From contig NW_026262701.1 in the NCBI RefSeq assembly GCF_021869535.1, positions 100,812,001-100,876,000 of the forward strand: a stretch of DNA of 64,000 bases, read 5' to 3'. Within the stretch, counting starts at the first letter, position 1. Every line of letters begins with the position of its first letter. The notes below the pieces were generated by a model. The model saw only the letters and a list, made by a program, of their open reading frames with translations, searched no databases and was not told where the DNA came from. The DNA is from Mytilus californianus. Its lineage: Eukaryota. Below, in pieces: positions 13,419 through 27,877 of the stretch. A program made the position numbers and the translations under genes.

Positions 13419-14253
13419 TAGGGATGTCAACGAGTACTGGAGTATAGCTCGGTAGTACTGAGTATCGAATACCAAAACCATACTTGACTAATGGTTTTCC
13501 TGTTAGAATGTGTTGCATTAGAAATAAGAAATAATATTTTTATTAGGAGCGCCTCCCTGAAATTAGATATTAATCAAAATCAATCAAAATTGAAATACGT
13601 TTCGAATGTTTGCGTTCATTTAAAATTCCTCCGAGCATATGTAGGCTATGAGCAAGTGCACCTTTCCAATGCTAACACTTTTGGCTAATCTTGTCTTAGT
13701 CATTCCACTACCTCTGTATCGACAGAGCAAATTTTTTCATTAGCAGAACTGTGAATTACGTAACAAAGTTGAGATATCAACTCGTCACAGAAAAAAAGCT
13801 TACAAGTTAATATTTCTAAATATAAATCAATTCGTTGCACCCTGTGTCAACCCTCAGAAAATGGTTAAAGGCATTAGTAAGTTTTAATCAGCACCCCTTT
13901 GTTGATCAGTAAATGTGTTTTTTAAGATTTCCAAATACTATTGTTTGAGTAATCATTTTTCTATAGATGTTTATATTATTAATTAATTGATTAGATCATT
14001 GCCAGTTTACATAATTAGTACATGTGGTAAATGAGCTATTATTATGGTAAACAATTCCTTGAACTATACTATGTCGGGTTTGGGTAATCATGTTGAGGGT
14101 TTTACGTCCATAAGACAACGTCCCACAATACGTGAAATGGGTATAATTTTGTGTTTCCATTTTGTGGATGTTTATCCGAGCGAGTACTCGATTATCGCTT
14201 GGTAAATCCAACGAGTACTCGGTTAGTAAATCTTCACTGACTTGACATCCCTA
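13419..14253. mobile_element. Non-autonomous hAT DNA transposon (835 bp)
   Basis: Perfect 12-bp TIR TAGGGATGTCAA...TTGACATCCCTA; perfect 8-bp TSD AATGAAAC (13411-13418 and 14254-14261); subterminal CGAGTACT repeats. Confidence 0.9.
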
Positions 14254-14583
14254 AATGAAACAGATATACTGATAACATAAACATTGGACATGAGAGATAT
14301 CTTCAGTGATTTGTGAGATACTTTTCAAAGAATGTCCACCAACACATCACAATGACTAAACGAAAGATGCTGTAATGCTACCAAACCTGTAGTGATGGCA
14401 ACCTTGACAGAATAGTTTGAGAAATAAACTGACCAAATCTTATTCCTCAGTATGTTTTCATTCTCTGTTGTTTCTGCTGTCATTTCAGTCATTGTATCAT
14501 GTTCTTTTAAAATAATCTGAAATTATGGGATTATTTGTTAAATAATTCAACTTGCACTTGATAGTTGATATGTTTTGACATAA

Positions 14584-14859
<276 letters not shown>

Positions 14860-14927
14860 TGAACTTAAATTTCTTTTGCATTATTATTTTCATTATGTTG
14901 TAATCAAAACAAAATTTGGCTGATTCA

Positions 14928-17216
14928 TTTTTATACGACCGCAAAAAAATTTTGCGATCGTATATTGGTATGACGTTGGTGTCGTCGTCGTCGTACGAAG
15001 ACACATTGGTTTTCGCACTCTAACTTTAGATTAAGTGAATGGATCTCTATGAAATTTTACCATAAGGTTCAATACCACAAAAGGAATGTTGGGATAGATT
15101 TTGGGGGTTATGGTACCAACAGTTAAGGAAAAAGGGGCCAAAAATAAGCATTTTGGTAACTTCCAGACATAACTTGTGTGTTAGTGTATGGATCTCTCTG
15201 ACATTGTACCACAAGGTTCCATATCACAAAGGGAATGCTGGGATTGATTTTGGGGGTAATTGCCTCAAAATTTTAGGAATTAGGGGCCAAAAAATGGGCA
15301 AAAAACAAGCATTTTTATATGGACAAATACGTTAGTACAAAACATAATTTAAAGCAGTGTAAGGGAGATAAATCAAATACATCATTTGAATTACCTCCCT
15401 TACACTGCTTTTAAATTATGTATAAAGTAATGGTTAATGAACAAGTAAGACAATTTAAAACAGTGTAAGGGAGGTAATCCACATACAACGTTTTGATTAC
15501 TTCCCTTACACTGCTTTTAAATTATGTTTAAAGAAATGCATATTTATAAAGGAAGACCAGTAAAAATATCTGCAAATGTTGCATCTTTTTTTTTTTTACA
15601 AAAAAATCCATATGAAAGATTTGACACCATATTTTGAATTCTATTATAAAATAGATTAAGTTAGCACTATGGTAAGTTGCAAATTCCATTGGAAATTTGA
15701 ATTGAGATTATGACCATATCTTGAGGGAAAGAATTTTTTGGGGGAAAAAGGGGGGGTAAAAAGAAATTATGGGGAGTCAATTTTTTCTCATTTCAGATTT
15801 CAGAAATTGAAAAGAATTATTCTTCAAATATTTTTTTTTTTTTCAAATTTCAAATATTGAAAAATTTCAAGAAGTAATCTTTAATTGCACAGTATGGCAC
15901 ATTAGATTTGCAAAATCTTTGACCACATTTATTTATTTGTTATGCCAAATCTGACCATGTATTTAGATTTTTAATTTTGGGTCCAGTTTTCAAATTGGTC
16001 TACATTAAGGTCCAAAGGGTCCAAAATTAAACTTAGTTTGATTTTAACAAAAATTGAATACATGGGGTTCTTTGATATGCTGAATCTAACCATGTATTTA
16101 GATTTTTTATTTGTGGGCCCCGCTATCAAATTGGTTTATATTGAGGTCAAAAGGGTCCAAAATTAAACTTTGTTTGATTTCATCAAAAATTGAATTATTG
16201 GGGTTCTTTGATATGCCAAATCTAACCGTGTATTTACATTTTTAATTTTGGGTCCAGTTTTCAAATTCGTCTACATTAAGGTCCAAAGGGTCCAAAATTA
16301 AACTTAGTTTGATTTTCACAAAAATTGAATATATGGGGTTCTTTGATATGCTGAATCTAAACATGTATTTAGATTTTTGATTTTGGGCCCAGTTTTCAAG
16401 TTGGTCCAAATTGGGGTCCTAAATTAAACTTTGTTAGATTTCAACAAAAATTGAATATATGGGGTTCTTTGATATGCTGAATCTAACCATGTATTTAGAT
16501 TTTTTATTTGTGGGCCCCGCTATCAAATTGTTTCATATTGAGGTCAAAAGGGTCCAAAATTAAACTTTGTTTTATTTCATCAAAAATTGAATTATTGGGG
16601 TTCTTTGATATGCCAAATCTAACCGTGTATTTAGATTTTTAATTTTGGGTCCCGTTTTTTAATTGGTCTACATTAAGGTCCAAAGGGTCCAAAATTAAAC
16701 TTAGTTTGATTTTAACAAAAATTGAATTCTTGGGGTTCTTTGATATGCTGAATCTAAACATGTGTTTAGATTTTTGATTATGGGCCCAGTTTTCAAGTTG
16801 GGATCCAAAATTAAACTTTGTTTGATTTCAACAAAATTTGAATATATGGGGTTCTTTGATATGCTGAATCTAACCATGTATTTTGATTTTTGGGTCCTGT
16901 TATCAAATTGGTCCACATTGAGGTCAAAAGGGTCCAAAATTAAACTTTGTTTGATTTCATCAAAAATTGAATTCCTTGGATTCTTTGATATGCTGAATCT
17001 AACCATGTATTTAGATTTTGGATATTGGACCATAATAGGTAAATTAAAAAATTTCTTAGACCACATTCATTCTGTGTCAGAAACCTATGCTGTGTCAAAT
17101 ATTTAATCACAATCCAAATTCAGAGCTGTATCAAACTTAAATGTTGTGTCCATACTTGCCCCAACTGTTCAGGGTTCGACCTCTGCGGTCTTATCAAGCT
17201 GCGCCCAGCATTTTAT
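14928..17216 (+). mobile_element. HINE-A copy 1 (Helentron/DINE-1-like non-autonomous element)
   Basis: 5' TTTTTATACGACCGCAAAA followed by its inverted repeat TTTTGCGATCGTAT, (GTC)n microsatellite, internal tandem array, 3' subTIR TGCGGTC.TAT and ...GCATTTTATT end in a T-rich site. Confidence 0.8.
15945..17030. repeat. Internal tandem array of HINE-A, about 116-136 bp unit, about 8 units
   Basis: Nine AATCT(A/G)A(C/A)C anchor motifs spaced about 116-136 bp apart. Confidence 0.9.
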
Positions 17217-17483
17217 TTGAAAGTGGCAATGCAATTGCTATTCGCTTATCGTAAAATATTTGTCCACCATTCCGTATATGTTTGAACGCCCTATACAAAA
17301 TGAACATAAGAAGATATGAAAAGGCCTCTTTTGGTTTACCTTTAAGTTTGGAAATAAATTGCTATAAATATTCAATTATCAAGTTATCATAAGACATTAT
17401 TCTATAGGATATCCAAACCAAAACAACAAACACACAAAACTTGAAATCTAAGGGTAAGATGCTTATTATATCATATGCAAACA

Positions 17484-17690
17484 TACTGTAGACGCATTAT
17501 TATTCGTTGGATATCAATTTTCATGGATTTCCATGGTAAAGGCAAACCACAAATTCAAAATTATTACGCAGTATAAATATCCTTTATGCTTGAATGGAAA
17601 CATTTGTAAAACCCAGAAAATAAAGTATTCCCTAAAATACAATTTTTCTTCTATCCTAGAAAATTGGTACCCACGAAAATAAATAAAAAT
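17484..17690. mobile_element. Degenerate TACTGTGGATT-family MITE
   Basis: Left end TACTGTAGACGCATT, internal ttggatatcaattttc and aattggtacccacgaaaataaat; right TIR eroded. Confidence 0.6.
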
Positions 17691-17763
17691 AAAATAAAAA
17701 AAGTATGTCAAACAGAAAAGGATTTATAACATTATAACGACAAGTACAACTTATATTTTATAG

Positions 17764-18075
17764 GCCATTTAGACAGAGTAGTACATGGTATAACTGCTGA
17801 GGACATACTGAGTAATTGTGATGAGAATGCCATGCCTATGGATGGACTTGTTAACCCTAACATAACTTTATCGCAAGCTTTGAAACGTAGAAATCTGGCC
17901 ACATTTAAAAATCTGGCTCAGCAGAAACTACAAACTCCTGGAAGTAGTATACAGAACCAGCGACCTGACCAGGTTGTTAAACAACAGAATTATGCCATGT
18001 ATATACAGGGTGTTAGAACTAATGTTAGAGACCCTGATGCTCACATTATTTACTTTGATACAGAAGCATTGATTG
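17764..18075 (+). CDS. WDR7: WDR7 coding exon 9
   Basis: tatag|...|gtagg; GHLDRVVHGITAEDILSNCDE...ALKRRNLATFKNLAQQKL...IIYFDTEALI. Confidence 0.94.
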
Positions 18076-18746
18076 GTAGGTAGTTAGTAAGTTCCAATTA
18101 TTGTAAAAGTACTTTTACTATTTGATGCTATTTTCATCGGTTGCAGGAAAACATTGGTTCATTGATTTCAAAATTGTGATTTTAGATGGGTAGCCCTGTC
18201 ATAGGATAGAACAGTTAAATATGAATAACTTTTTTATGCATTAAATGATTTTATTTTTGTAGTTCGTAAAAAAAGTCATTAACCTTATTCCATATTTGTT
18301 TCATAAATAGAGGACATCATGAATATTCTGTTCAAATTTTTATTTCACAAGAGAAAATATTTGGCACTAAGGTGCAAAATTTATTGTAGCAGTTTTATGA
18401 CATCAATAGGTCAAGTGTTGCAGGATCACAAATAGCAGTAAGGTCAACTTGTTAGTCAGTCTAGAGTTATGGGACTTTAAACATAAAATTTAAGGCAATT
18501 TTATACAACTAAGGATATCCTCTGGAAGTTTTTCTCCTGGGCTTTTTTTACTAACTTGAAAGCCTTTCACAATATTTCATTTTATCATTGCAATTTCAAT
18601 ATGCAGACAACAAGGGGTATCTTGGGCTTCAGGCATTATGTGCCTTAATGCTCATCTAATCTTTCCTGATACAGATATAGGTAAATAAAGTCATTAGAAT
18701 TATGAAGTTAAAAAATAAAGTAATATTCGTCTTTTATTTATTTTAG

Positions 18747-18869
18747 TACAACTATTAACTGATGAGTATGCTATGATGTCACCTGGAGAGTTAGAAGCCA
18801 AGGGATTCATTTTACCTTCCTATGAAATTCCTGGATCAGAATTCTCAGATGCACAAGCTAAAATATTAG
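18747..18869 (+). CDS. WDR7: WDR7 coding exon 10
   Basis: ttttag|...|gtaac; VQLLTDEYAMMSPGELEAKGFILPSYEIPGSEFSDAQAKIL; phase 1 to 1. Confidence 0.9.
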
Positions 18870-19078
18870 GTAACAATGTTAGTTATAATGTAGAATTATA
18901 AATTTATAAACAAAGTTAGCTGTGCTTCTAGTAGATTTTTGAAATCTGATAGATTTTAAAATTGCAGGCATTATTCATTTGCTACATTCATATTTTAAAG
19001 ATGAAATATGACATTTAGTTCAAACATTAATTGTTTGTCCAATGATTGCTTATGACTGTGTTAATTTTACCCTTATAG

Positions 19079-19763
19079 GTATGCTAACAAAGATTAAAGA
19101 TAAAGCGGATTCTTTTGGTCAGAAGATTCAGTCAAAGGCTGAGGGAGGTGGTTTCTCACCTGTACATAGAGAGAGTGATGTCCAGGCCTCACCTGTCAAA
19201 GGTAGAAAGAAGGAGAAACGAGTGGTGGTAACTGATGGCAATAATCTAACTTTAGAGATTGCTCGATTGTTTATGTCTAGTCTTCATGCTTGGGGACTAG
19301 ACCCAGATCTTGATAAACTTTGTGTGAACAAACTAGGACTGATTAAGCCTAAAGTCCCATTATCTTTTGGTCTTATATCTAGAAATGGGCATATGTGTTT
19401 AATGCTTCCAGCATGGCATAGACGTCTTTTACAGGATGTGAAGTCGAGTGATTCAGACAGTAAGATACAGCAGGCTACGTCAGACAAACCTACATTGTTG
19501 TCACAGATTGAAAGTACATCAGGAATGTATTCTGACAGTGACCAAGAAGGTGATAGTCCACCAGGTACAAAATCTAGAATAAAAAAATCCACTGCAGAAG
19601 CACTGCAGGAAGAGTTACGGGCCTTTTCTACAAAGTCAAGATGGCAGATATCTAGTGGTGTTACTACACAACATTTGCTGAGTGTAATATCTACTGCTAA
19701 TACATTAATGAGTATGACAAACTCTGCCTTCATCAATAGGAGACTAAAATCATCAAGACCAAG
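19079..19763 (+). CDS. WDR7: WDR7 coding exon 11
   Basis: tatag|...|gtaagc; LEIARLFMSSLHAWGLDPDLD...FGLISRNGHMCLMLP...VTTQHLLSVISTANTLMSMTN. Confidence 0.96.
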
Positions 19764-19972
19764 GTAAGCTATTGATGTTACTGAAAATACCATGGAATAC
19801 TTTTTGCTAACTGCTTGTTTTTTATTTAAATTTTATCAAGTGCTAAAATAATCTATGTTGAAAACAAAATTGCTCAGAGAATTTATGAATCTGAGGATGA
19901 ATAACCTGAATAAATTTGTTTCACATGGTTAATTTTTATTAACATTGTTTTCATAGCTTTTTAATATTTTTT

Positions 19973-20640
19973 AATAAAATGCTTCGCTGAGCGCAACCTG
20001 ATACGACCGCAGAGGTGGAACCCTGAACAGTTGGGGCAAGTTTGGACACAATATTCAGACTTGATACTGTCTGAATTTGGATTGTGATCAAATTTTTGAC
20101 ATAATATAGGTTTCTGATACAAAATAAATGTGGTCGAAGATCTTAAAAATTTGAAATGGGACATTTAATTTACCTAGAATGGTCTGATATCCAAAATCTA
20201 ACAACATGGTTAGATTCAGCATATAAAAAAACACCAAAAATTTAATTTTAGTTGAAATCAAACAAAGTTTAATTTTGGACCCTTCATACCTTAACATGGG
20301 CTTATTTGAAAACAAGGCCCAAAATAAAAAAATCTAAATGCACCATAAGATTCAGCATATCATAGAGCCACAATAATTCAGTTTTTGATGAAATCAAACA
20401 AAGTTTAATTTTGGACCCTTTGGACCTCAATGTAGACCAATTTAAAAATGGGGCCCAATATTCAGAACAGTAATACAAGGTTAGAACCCCCAAAAATTAA
20501 AGACTTTAAATTAATCCCTTTGAAATTGGTTAAAAGATTTGTATTTATTTTCAATTGAAGATTTCTTGCTATTGTTCAATACTGTGATATTGCGCAATAC
20601 TGTGCTATTGCGCAATACTGTGCTGTTGCACAATACTTAG
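19973..20640 (-). mobile_element. HINE-A copy 2, inverted and 5'-truncated
   Basis: aataaaatgcttcgctgagcgc..gatacgaccgcagagg is the reverse complement of the HINE-A 3' end; about 2 internal array units. Confidence 0.78.
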
Positions 20641-20962
20641 TTAATATGTTATATATAACAATTTATACACCCTGTTTGGTGTGTATCTCCTGCCATATCA
20701 GTATTTATTGCTTTTATATATAAATCAAAAATAATCAATGTAAAAATGGAAAAATTTTGGGAAAAGAAACCAAAAAAATTATGAAAAAAAAAATCTCCCA
20801 AAAAATTTGTTTGCAGTCGTAAAAAAAAAGAGTTCAGGACAGTTCACCTTTAATCAAGGGATTGCACATCTATTTGAGTGTTATTTCTTTCTTTCAGTAA
20901 TTACAAGTAAGTAGTTGACAGCAATGATAATAAGTATCATAGTTAAATGTTTCAACGAATAA

Positions 20963-21301
<339 letters not shown>

Positions 21302-21322
21302 TGAAAAGAAGAAATAAACTAT

Positions 21323-21900
21323 ATATATTCAGGAACATATATATTGACGGGACTTGACACTACCAAATTGTAGCCGATTTTATCGTCGGGTCATAGGTAA
21401 TAAAGATACGATACAGAAACGGACATGTGTTAAAAACGTACTCGCTATTATCCTCATAATTTCTGATAATATCAATAAAATATCATTCAAACTAGTTTTA
21501 CAGTGATGCCAGTGTATCAAACTTGTATTCTGTCACTTCAAATTTGTTATAACCGCATTCATTTTATCACAGAATGATACAGAATGCAAACAGGGTAATA
21601 AAAAAATGTCGCCGATTGCATTCCCAAATTCAAAAACATTATAAAACACTTCACATCAAATAAATCACACTTATTTTTGTCATTTTATATGAAAATATAT
21701 TTACTTTCTGATAAAACTTGTATTTATTTACGATTAGAAGTATGTGGTTAATTTATTGAGCAGTTCTGATAGTTTTTCAGTCAGACGCCACCAAAATCCA
21801 TAAATCTCGCAAAGTCTCGTGGAGTCTGAGATTTTATCAATTTTATACTGAAAAGCCTATCGGATTCATTTCCCGTTAGATATACTGTTCCCAGATATAT
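21323..21900. mobile_element. Probable non-autonomous TIR element (about 580 bp)
   Basis: Imperfect about 30-bp inverted ends ATATAT...GGAACA..TATAT..ACGGGA; CpG-richer than flanks. Confidence 0.5.
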
Positions 21901-22693
21901 TAGATAAATAGATACTGTAAACCAACTCATATTTGTGACTAATTTATTTTCTCGAGTTTCACAGCCAGAAAAATAACAAGAAATAAATCTTTGTGAATAT
22001 ATTCATAATTATTCGTGGGACTGCAATTTTAGAGGTGCAAATTTTGTGTAGGTGAACCAAGAATTTAAATGTCAAACAAAGTACTTTTCAACAGGCTTGT
22101 ATGTACTTTAACTTTGATTTTCTTAAATTTTTCGTAAAGAGATGAATCCATAGTAAAACAAACTATACCGTACCTTCACCTATAAATGTTTACTTTTATA
22201 AATTTTGAATTGGATGGAGAGTTGTCTCATTGGCACTCATACAACATCTTCATATATCTATATACACCAATAAAGTAAGAAAATTTTGAAAAATAAAGTG
22301 GTGTGAAGCTGTTGGTTTCCAGTATTAACTTTGAAAAAAAAGTTTTCAATCTATGAATAGAATAAAAGATTAATAATTCTTAAAGGTATACTGTGCTTTT
22401 CACATGTTTTAAAATTATAAGATACTGTTGTTTTCCTTTAACCAACCTCACACAGTTAGTATATAGGAACTGTTCTGTTTCACAAAATGGTCCTAGTATT
22501 AATATTGCCATTAGATATATTGTTTTTTATACAAAAAATTCTTGTTAAAAATTGACAAACAAATATACCATGCAACATTCTATATTGATTCAAAGTGTAA
22601 GTTTCCTCTCAATATTTAGTACAATATGATAAAAGAAATTTATGATATTCTGTGGTAGCTTTGATTTCTAGGCACTTTTTAAATTTAGATTGA

Positions 22694-23134
<441 letters not shown>

Positions 23135-23176
23135 GACATGCTGACTTTCTGCTCATTGTTAGAGCACTGTTGACAG

Positions 23177-23466
23177 TTTTTATGCCCCACCTAGGGGCAT
23201 TATGTTTTTCGGTCTGTGTGTCCGTTTGTCCGTCTGTCTGTTCGTCCGTCTGTCCCGCTTCAGATTTAAATTTTTGGTCAAGGTAGTTTTTGATGAAGTT
23301 GAAGTCCAATCAACTTGAAACTTAGTACACATGTTCCCTATGATATGATCTTTCTAATTTTAATGCCAAATTAGAGTTTTGATCACAATTTCACTGTCCA
23401 CTGAACATAGAAAATGATAGTGCAAGTGGGCCATCCGTGAGAGTGTACTATGGACACATTCTTGTT
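23177..23466 (+). mobile_element. Short HINE-D element (about 290 bp)
   Basis: TTTTTATGCCCCAC head with internal GGGGCAT inverted repeat, (GTCY)n microsatellite, 3' GTGGGCCAT subTIR, ends CTTGTT. Confidence 0.75.
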
Positions 23467-23712
23467 TAAAGGTCAAAGATCAGATCAAAGTCATTGAAAG
23501 TGCCAAACAAGATGTTTATATTTTGATATGTTGATTTATTTAACGGAGATACATCTAAATAACAAAATTACTTTTGTTGAATTCCGATCTTTGTTTTCAG
23601 TCTAGAATCTAGAAACATTTTGAGTGTAGCATATTAATGTTCATGAGACATTAGATATCAACACTAACCTTAAGGGGATACAAATTTGCCAAGTCAGGCT
23701 ATCTGGACCATG

Positions 23713-24074
23713 TGTTGTTTGTTGTTGTTTGTACTTTTATTTTTCGGCAGGGTATTGTGTTGGTGGTTGGTGTTGTTTGTTGTTGTTTGTACTTTTATTT
23801 TTTGGCAGGGTATTGTGTTGGTGGTTGGTATTGTTTGTTGTTGTTTGTACTTTTATTTTTTGGCAGGGTATTGTGTTGGTGGTTGGTGTTGTTTGTTGTT
23901 GTTTGTACTTTTATTTTTTGGCAGGGTATTGTGTTGGTGGTTGGTGTTGTTTGTTGTTGTTTGTACTTCTATTTTTCGGCGGGTAATTGTGTTGGTGGTT
24001 GGTATTGTTTGTTGTTGTTTGTACTTCTATTTTTCGGCGGGGTATTGTGTTGGTGGTTGGTGTTGTTTGTTGTA
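23713..24074. repeat. 58-bp GT-rich minisatellite, 6 copies plus a partial
   Basis: Unit TGTTGTTTGTTGTTGTTTGTACTTTTATTTTTCGGCAGGGTATTGTGTTGGTGGTTGG. Confidence 0.95.
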
Positions 24075-24201
24075 CTGTTCATATTTTTTTATTAATTCCT
24101 GCTATCCTTTTCATGTATTTTATTACTGTTTCTCATCTAAAAATAACTGGAAGTTCTCCAGAGAAATTACCCTTACTCTAAAAGCAATTGCTTAAATGTA
24201 A

Positions 24202-24723
<522 letters not shown>

Positions 24724-25825
24724 TAATCATTCCTTGTATCGAAAAAACAATGATTTAAAGTACCATGATATTTTCATAAAAAGTTTTTTGAAATGATAGA
24801 AAATTTAAATGGAATAATGTAACATGCCTGTGGCTTTAGTTGTTTGTAACTTTATCTGTTTTGCTATAAATATATTAATATCATAGTCTCAAATTTTCAG
24901 GTATATATGTAAAGATTGATAATTTGACTGACAGTGACAATAAATATAATGCTAGTACATGTATGTAAAACTAATCCCAAACCTTAGATTTTGTAGATAT
25001 TATGTCTATATACATTCCCATATAATCTTGTGGTGCAGATAGCTGAATGTTAATAGATTTATGATATTCACATTATATGGCAGGGGTACAAATAATTTTG
25101 GAAGATCAACCACTTCTCTTCTCCTGCCTGTGTTTTTTTAAGATCAAGCCTCTTTAGTTTTTAAGCTCACCTGGCCTAAAAGCCAAGTGAGCTTTTCTCA
25201 TTACTTGGCATCCGTTGTTCGTCGTCTTCATTAACTTTTACAACAATATTCTCCTCTGAAACTACTGGGCCAAATTAAATCAAACTTGGCCACAATCATC
25301 ATTGGGGTATCTAGTTTAAAAATTGTGTCCGATGACCTCGCCTGCCTATCAAGATGCATGACATGGCTAAAAATAGAACATAGGGGCAAAATGCAAGTTT
25401 TGTCTATTATTTTGAAAACCGTTATAAACAGAGAAAATCAGACAGAAGAAAAATGTTCAGAATGTTGAGCTCTACGAATTGTCCATATACGCCAAAACTG
25501 TCAGACGACTTCTAATAGGAGTTATTAAGTCTCCCAAACGAAGTTTGGGAAGACTTATTGTTTTTGCTCAGTTCTTATTATTATTATTATTCTTCTTCTT
25601 CTTCTTCTTCTTCTTCTTCTTCTTCTTCCGCCGCTTTTAAATTTGAACTTGTCCGCACCCGTTCTCCAAAACCGCTTGTCGGATTTACTTAGGGTTTCAC
25701 AATATGTTAGACTAACATGTCTAGTGGTGCAATCAGGGTTTTGTTTTTGCAATGGGGTTTATAAAGGGGTACTTTGAGGGGCAAAAAGAAAAGAGGGTTT
25801 TACTATAGAACCCTATGGGATTTTA

Positions 25826-27783
25826 TTTTTTTATACGACCGCAAAAATTAAAAATTTTTTGGTCGTATATTGGTATGACGTTGGCGTCGTCGTCGTCGTC
25901 GTCCGGCGTCGTCCGAAGACACATTGGTTTTCGCACTCTAACTTTAGTTTAAGTGAATAGATCTCCATGAAATTTTACCATAAGGTTCAATACCATGAAA
26001 GGAAGGTTGGGATTGATTTTGGGGGTTATGGTACCAACAGTTAAGGAATTAGGGGCCAAAAAGGGGCCAAAAATAAGCATTTTTGTAACTTCCAGACAAT
26101 AACTTGTGTGTAAGTGTATGGATCTCTCTGACATTGTACCACAAGGTTCCATATCACAAAGGGAAGGCTGTAATTGATTTTGGGGGTAATTGCCTCAAAA
26201 TTTTAGGAATTAGGGGCCAAAAAAAGGGGCAAAAAACAAGCATTTTTCTAGTTTCATGACAATAACTTGTGTGTAAGTGTTTGGATATTTCTGAAATTGT
26301 ACTACAAGGTTCCATATCACAAAGGGAAAGCTGGAATTGAGTTTGGGGGTAATTGCCCGAAACGTTTAGGGATTGGGAGCCAAAAAGGGGCCAAAAATAA
26401 GCATTTTTCTAGTTTCCAGACAATAACTTGTGTTCAAGTGTATGGATCTCTCTGAAATTGTACTGCAAGGTACCATACCACAAAGGGAAGGCTGGGATTG
26501 AGTTTGGGGGTGATGAATCATAAGGGGGTTCAAAAAATTTGGGGGGGGGGATTTATTTTTTTAATTTTTTTTTCTTTTCCTTTTTTTTTTCTTTTAAAAT
26601 TTTTCATTTTAAGTTGGTTATTTCTGATTTATATTTAAAAGCAAATAATAATGATATGGTAGGAGATACACACCAAACAGGATGTGTAAATTATTATATA
26701 ATAAGTATTGTGCAATAGCAAGAAATTTTCAATTGCACAGTATTGCACAATAGCAAGAAATTTTCAATTGCACAGTATTGCGCAATAGCAAGAAATCTTC
26801 AATTGCACAGTATTGTGCAATAGCAAGAAATATCCAATAGCACAATATTGCGCAATAGCAAGAAATTGTCAATTGTACAGTATTGCGCAATAGCAAAAAA
26901 TATTCAATTGCACAGTATTGTGCAAAAGAAGATACTTCATATAAATTGGTTATTTCTTGATCAATTTCAATGGGGTTTTATTCTTGAATTCTTGGGGTTC
27001 TTTAATATGCTGAATCTAACCGTGAATTAAGTTTTTGGATTTTAGGCCCCGTTTTTAAATTGGTCCACATTGAGGTCCAAAGGGTCCAAAATTTAACTTT
27101 GTTTGATTTCATCAAAAATTGAATTATTGGGGTTCTTTGATATGCCGAATCTAACCGTGTATTTAGATTCTTAATTTTTGGTTCCGTTTTCAAATTGGTC
27201 TACATAAAGGTCCAAAGGGTCCAAAATTAAACTTAGTTTGATTTTAACAGAAATTGAATTTTTAGGGTTCTTTGATATGCTGAATCTAAACATGTATTTA
27301 GATTTTTGATTATGGGCCCAGTTTTCAAGTTGGTCCAAATCGGGGTCCAAAATTAAACTTTGTTTGATTTCAACAAAAATTAAATATATGGGGTTCTTTG
27401 ATAAGCTGAGTCTAACCATGTATTTAGATTTTTGATTTTTGGGCCCCGTTATCAACTTTGTCCACATTGAGATCAAAAGGGTCCAAAATTAAACTTTGTT
27501 TTATTTCATCAAAAATTGAATTCTTGGGGTTCTTTGATATGCTTAATCTAACCATGTATTTAGATTTTGGATATTGGACCATAATAGGTGAATGTCCAAT
27601 TTAAAATTTTAAGTTCTTAGACCACATTCATTCTGTGTCAGAAACCTATGCTGTGTCAAATATTTAATCACAATCCAAATTCAGAGCTGTATCAAGCTTG
27701 AATGTTGTGTCCATACTTGCCCCAACTGTTCAGGGTTCGACCTCTGCGGTCGTATCAAGCTGCGCCCTGCGGAGCATTTTATT
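25826..27783 (+). mobile_element. HINE-A copy 3, nested inside HINE-C
   Basis: TTTTTATACGACCGCAAAAA...TTTTTGGTCGTATA head, (GTC)n, internal arrays, TGCGGTCGTAT...GCATTTTATT end. Confidence 0.82.
26703..26925. repeat. 35-bp tandem repeat (about 6 copies) inside HINE-A copy 3
   Basis: Unit TGCACAGTATTGC(G/A)CAATAGCAAGAAATTTTCAAT; some units contain the palindrome TATTGCGCAATA. Confidence 0.88.
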
Positions 27784-27877
27784 AAATTTTCAAATGATTA
27801 TAAATTGAAAACCGTTCGTGATAGACACAAACTTTTTAATTGAAAATGTTCTAAATGATAAAGCCCATTAAATGAAA

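Noticed and set aside
16701-17106. ORFs of 121 and 114 aa (also 20088, 20302, 27002, 27171, 37195)
   Set aside because: Translations of HINE-A internal repeats; no protein features.
19284-19793. 169-aa antisense ORF (also 33960-34205, 35979-36284, 60498-60782)
   Set aside because: Shadow frames of real coding exons.
23686-24195. Hydrophobic Cys/Val/Leu-rich ORFs in three frames
   Set aside because: Artefact of the stop-free 58-bp GT-rich minisatellite.
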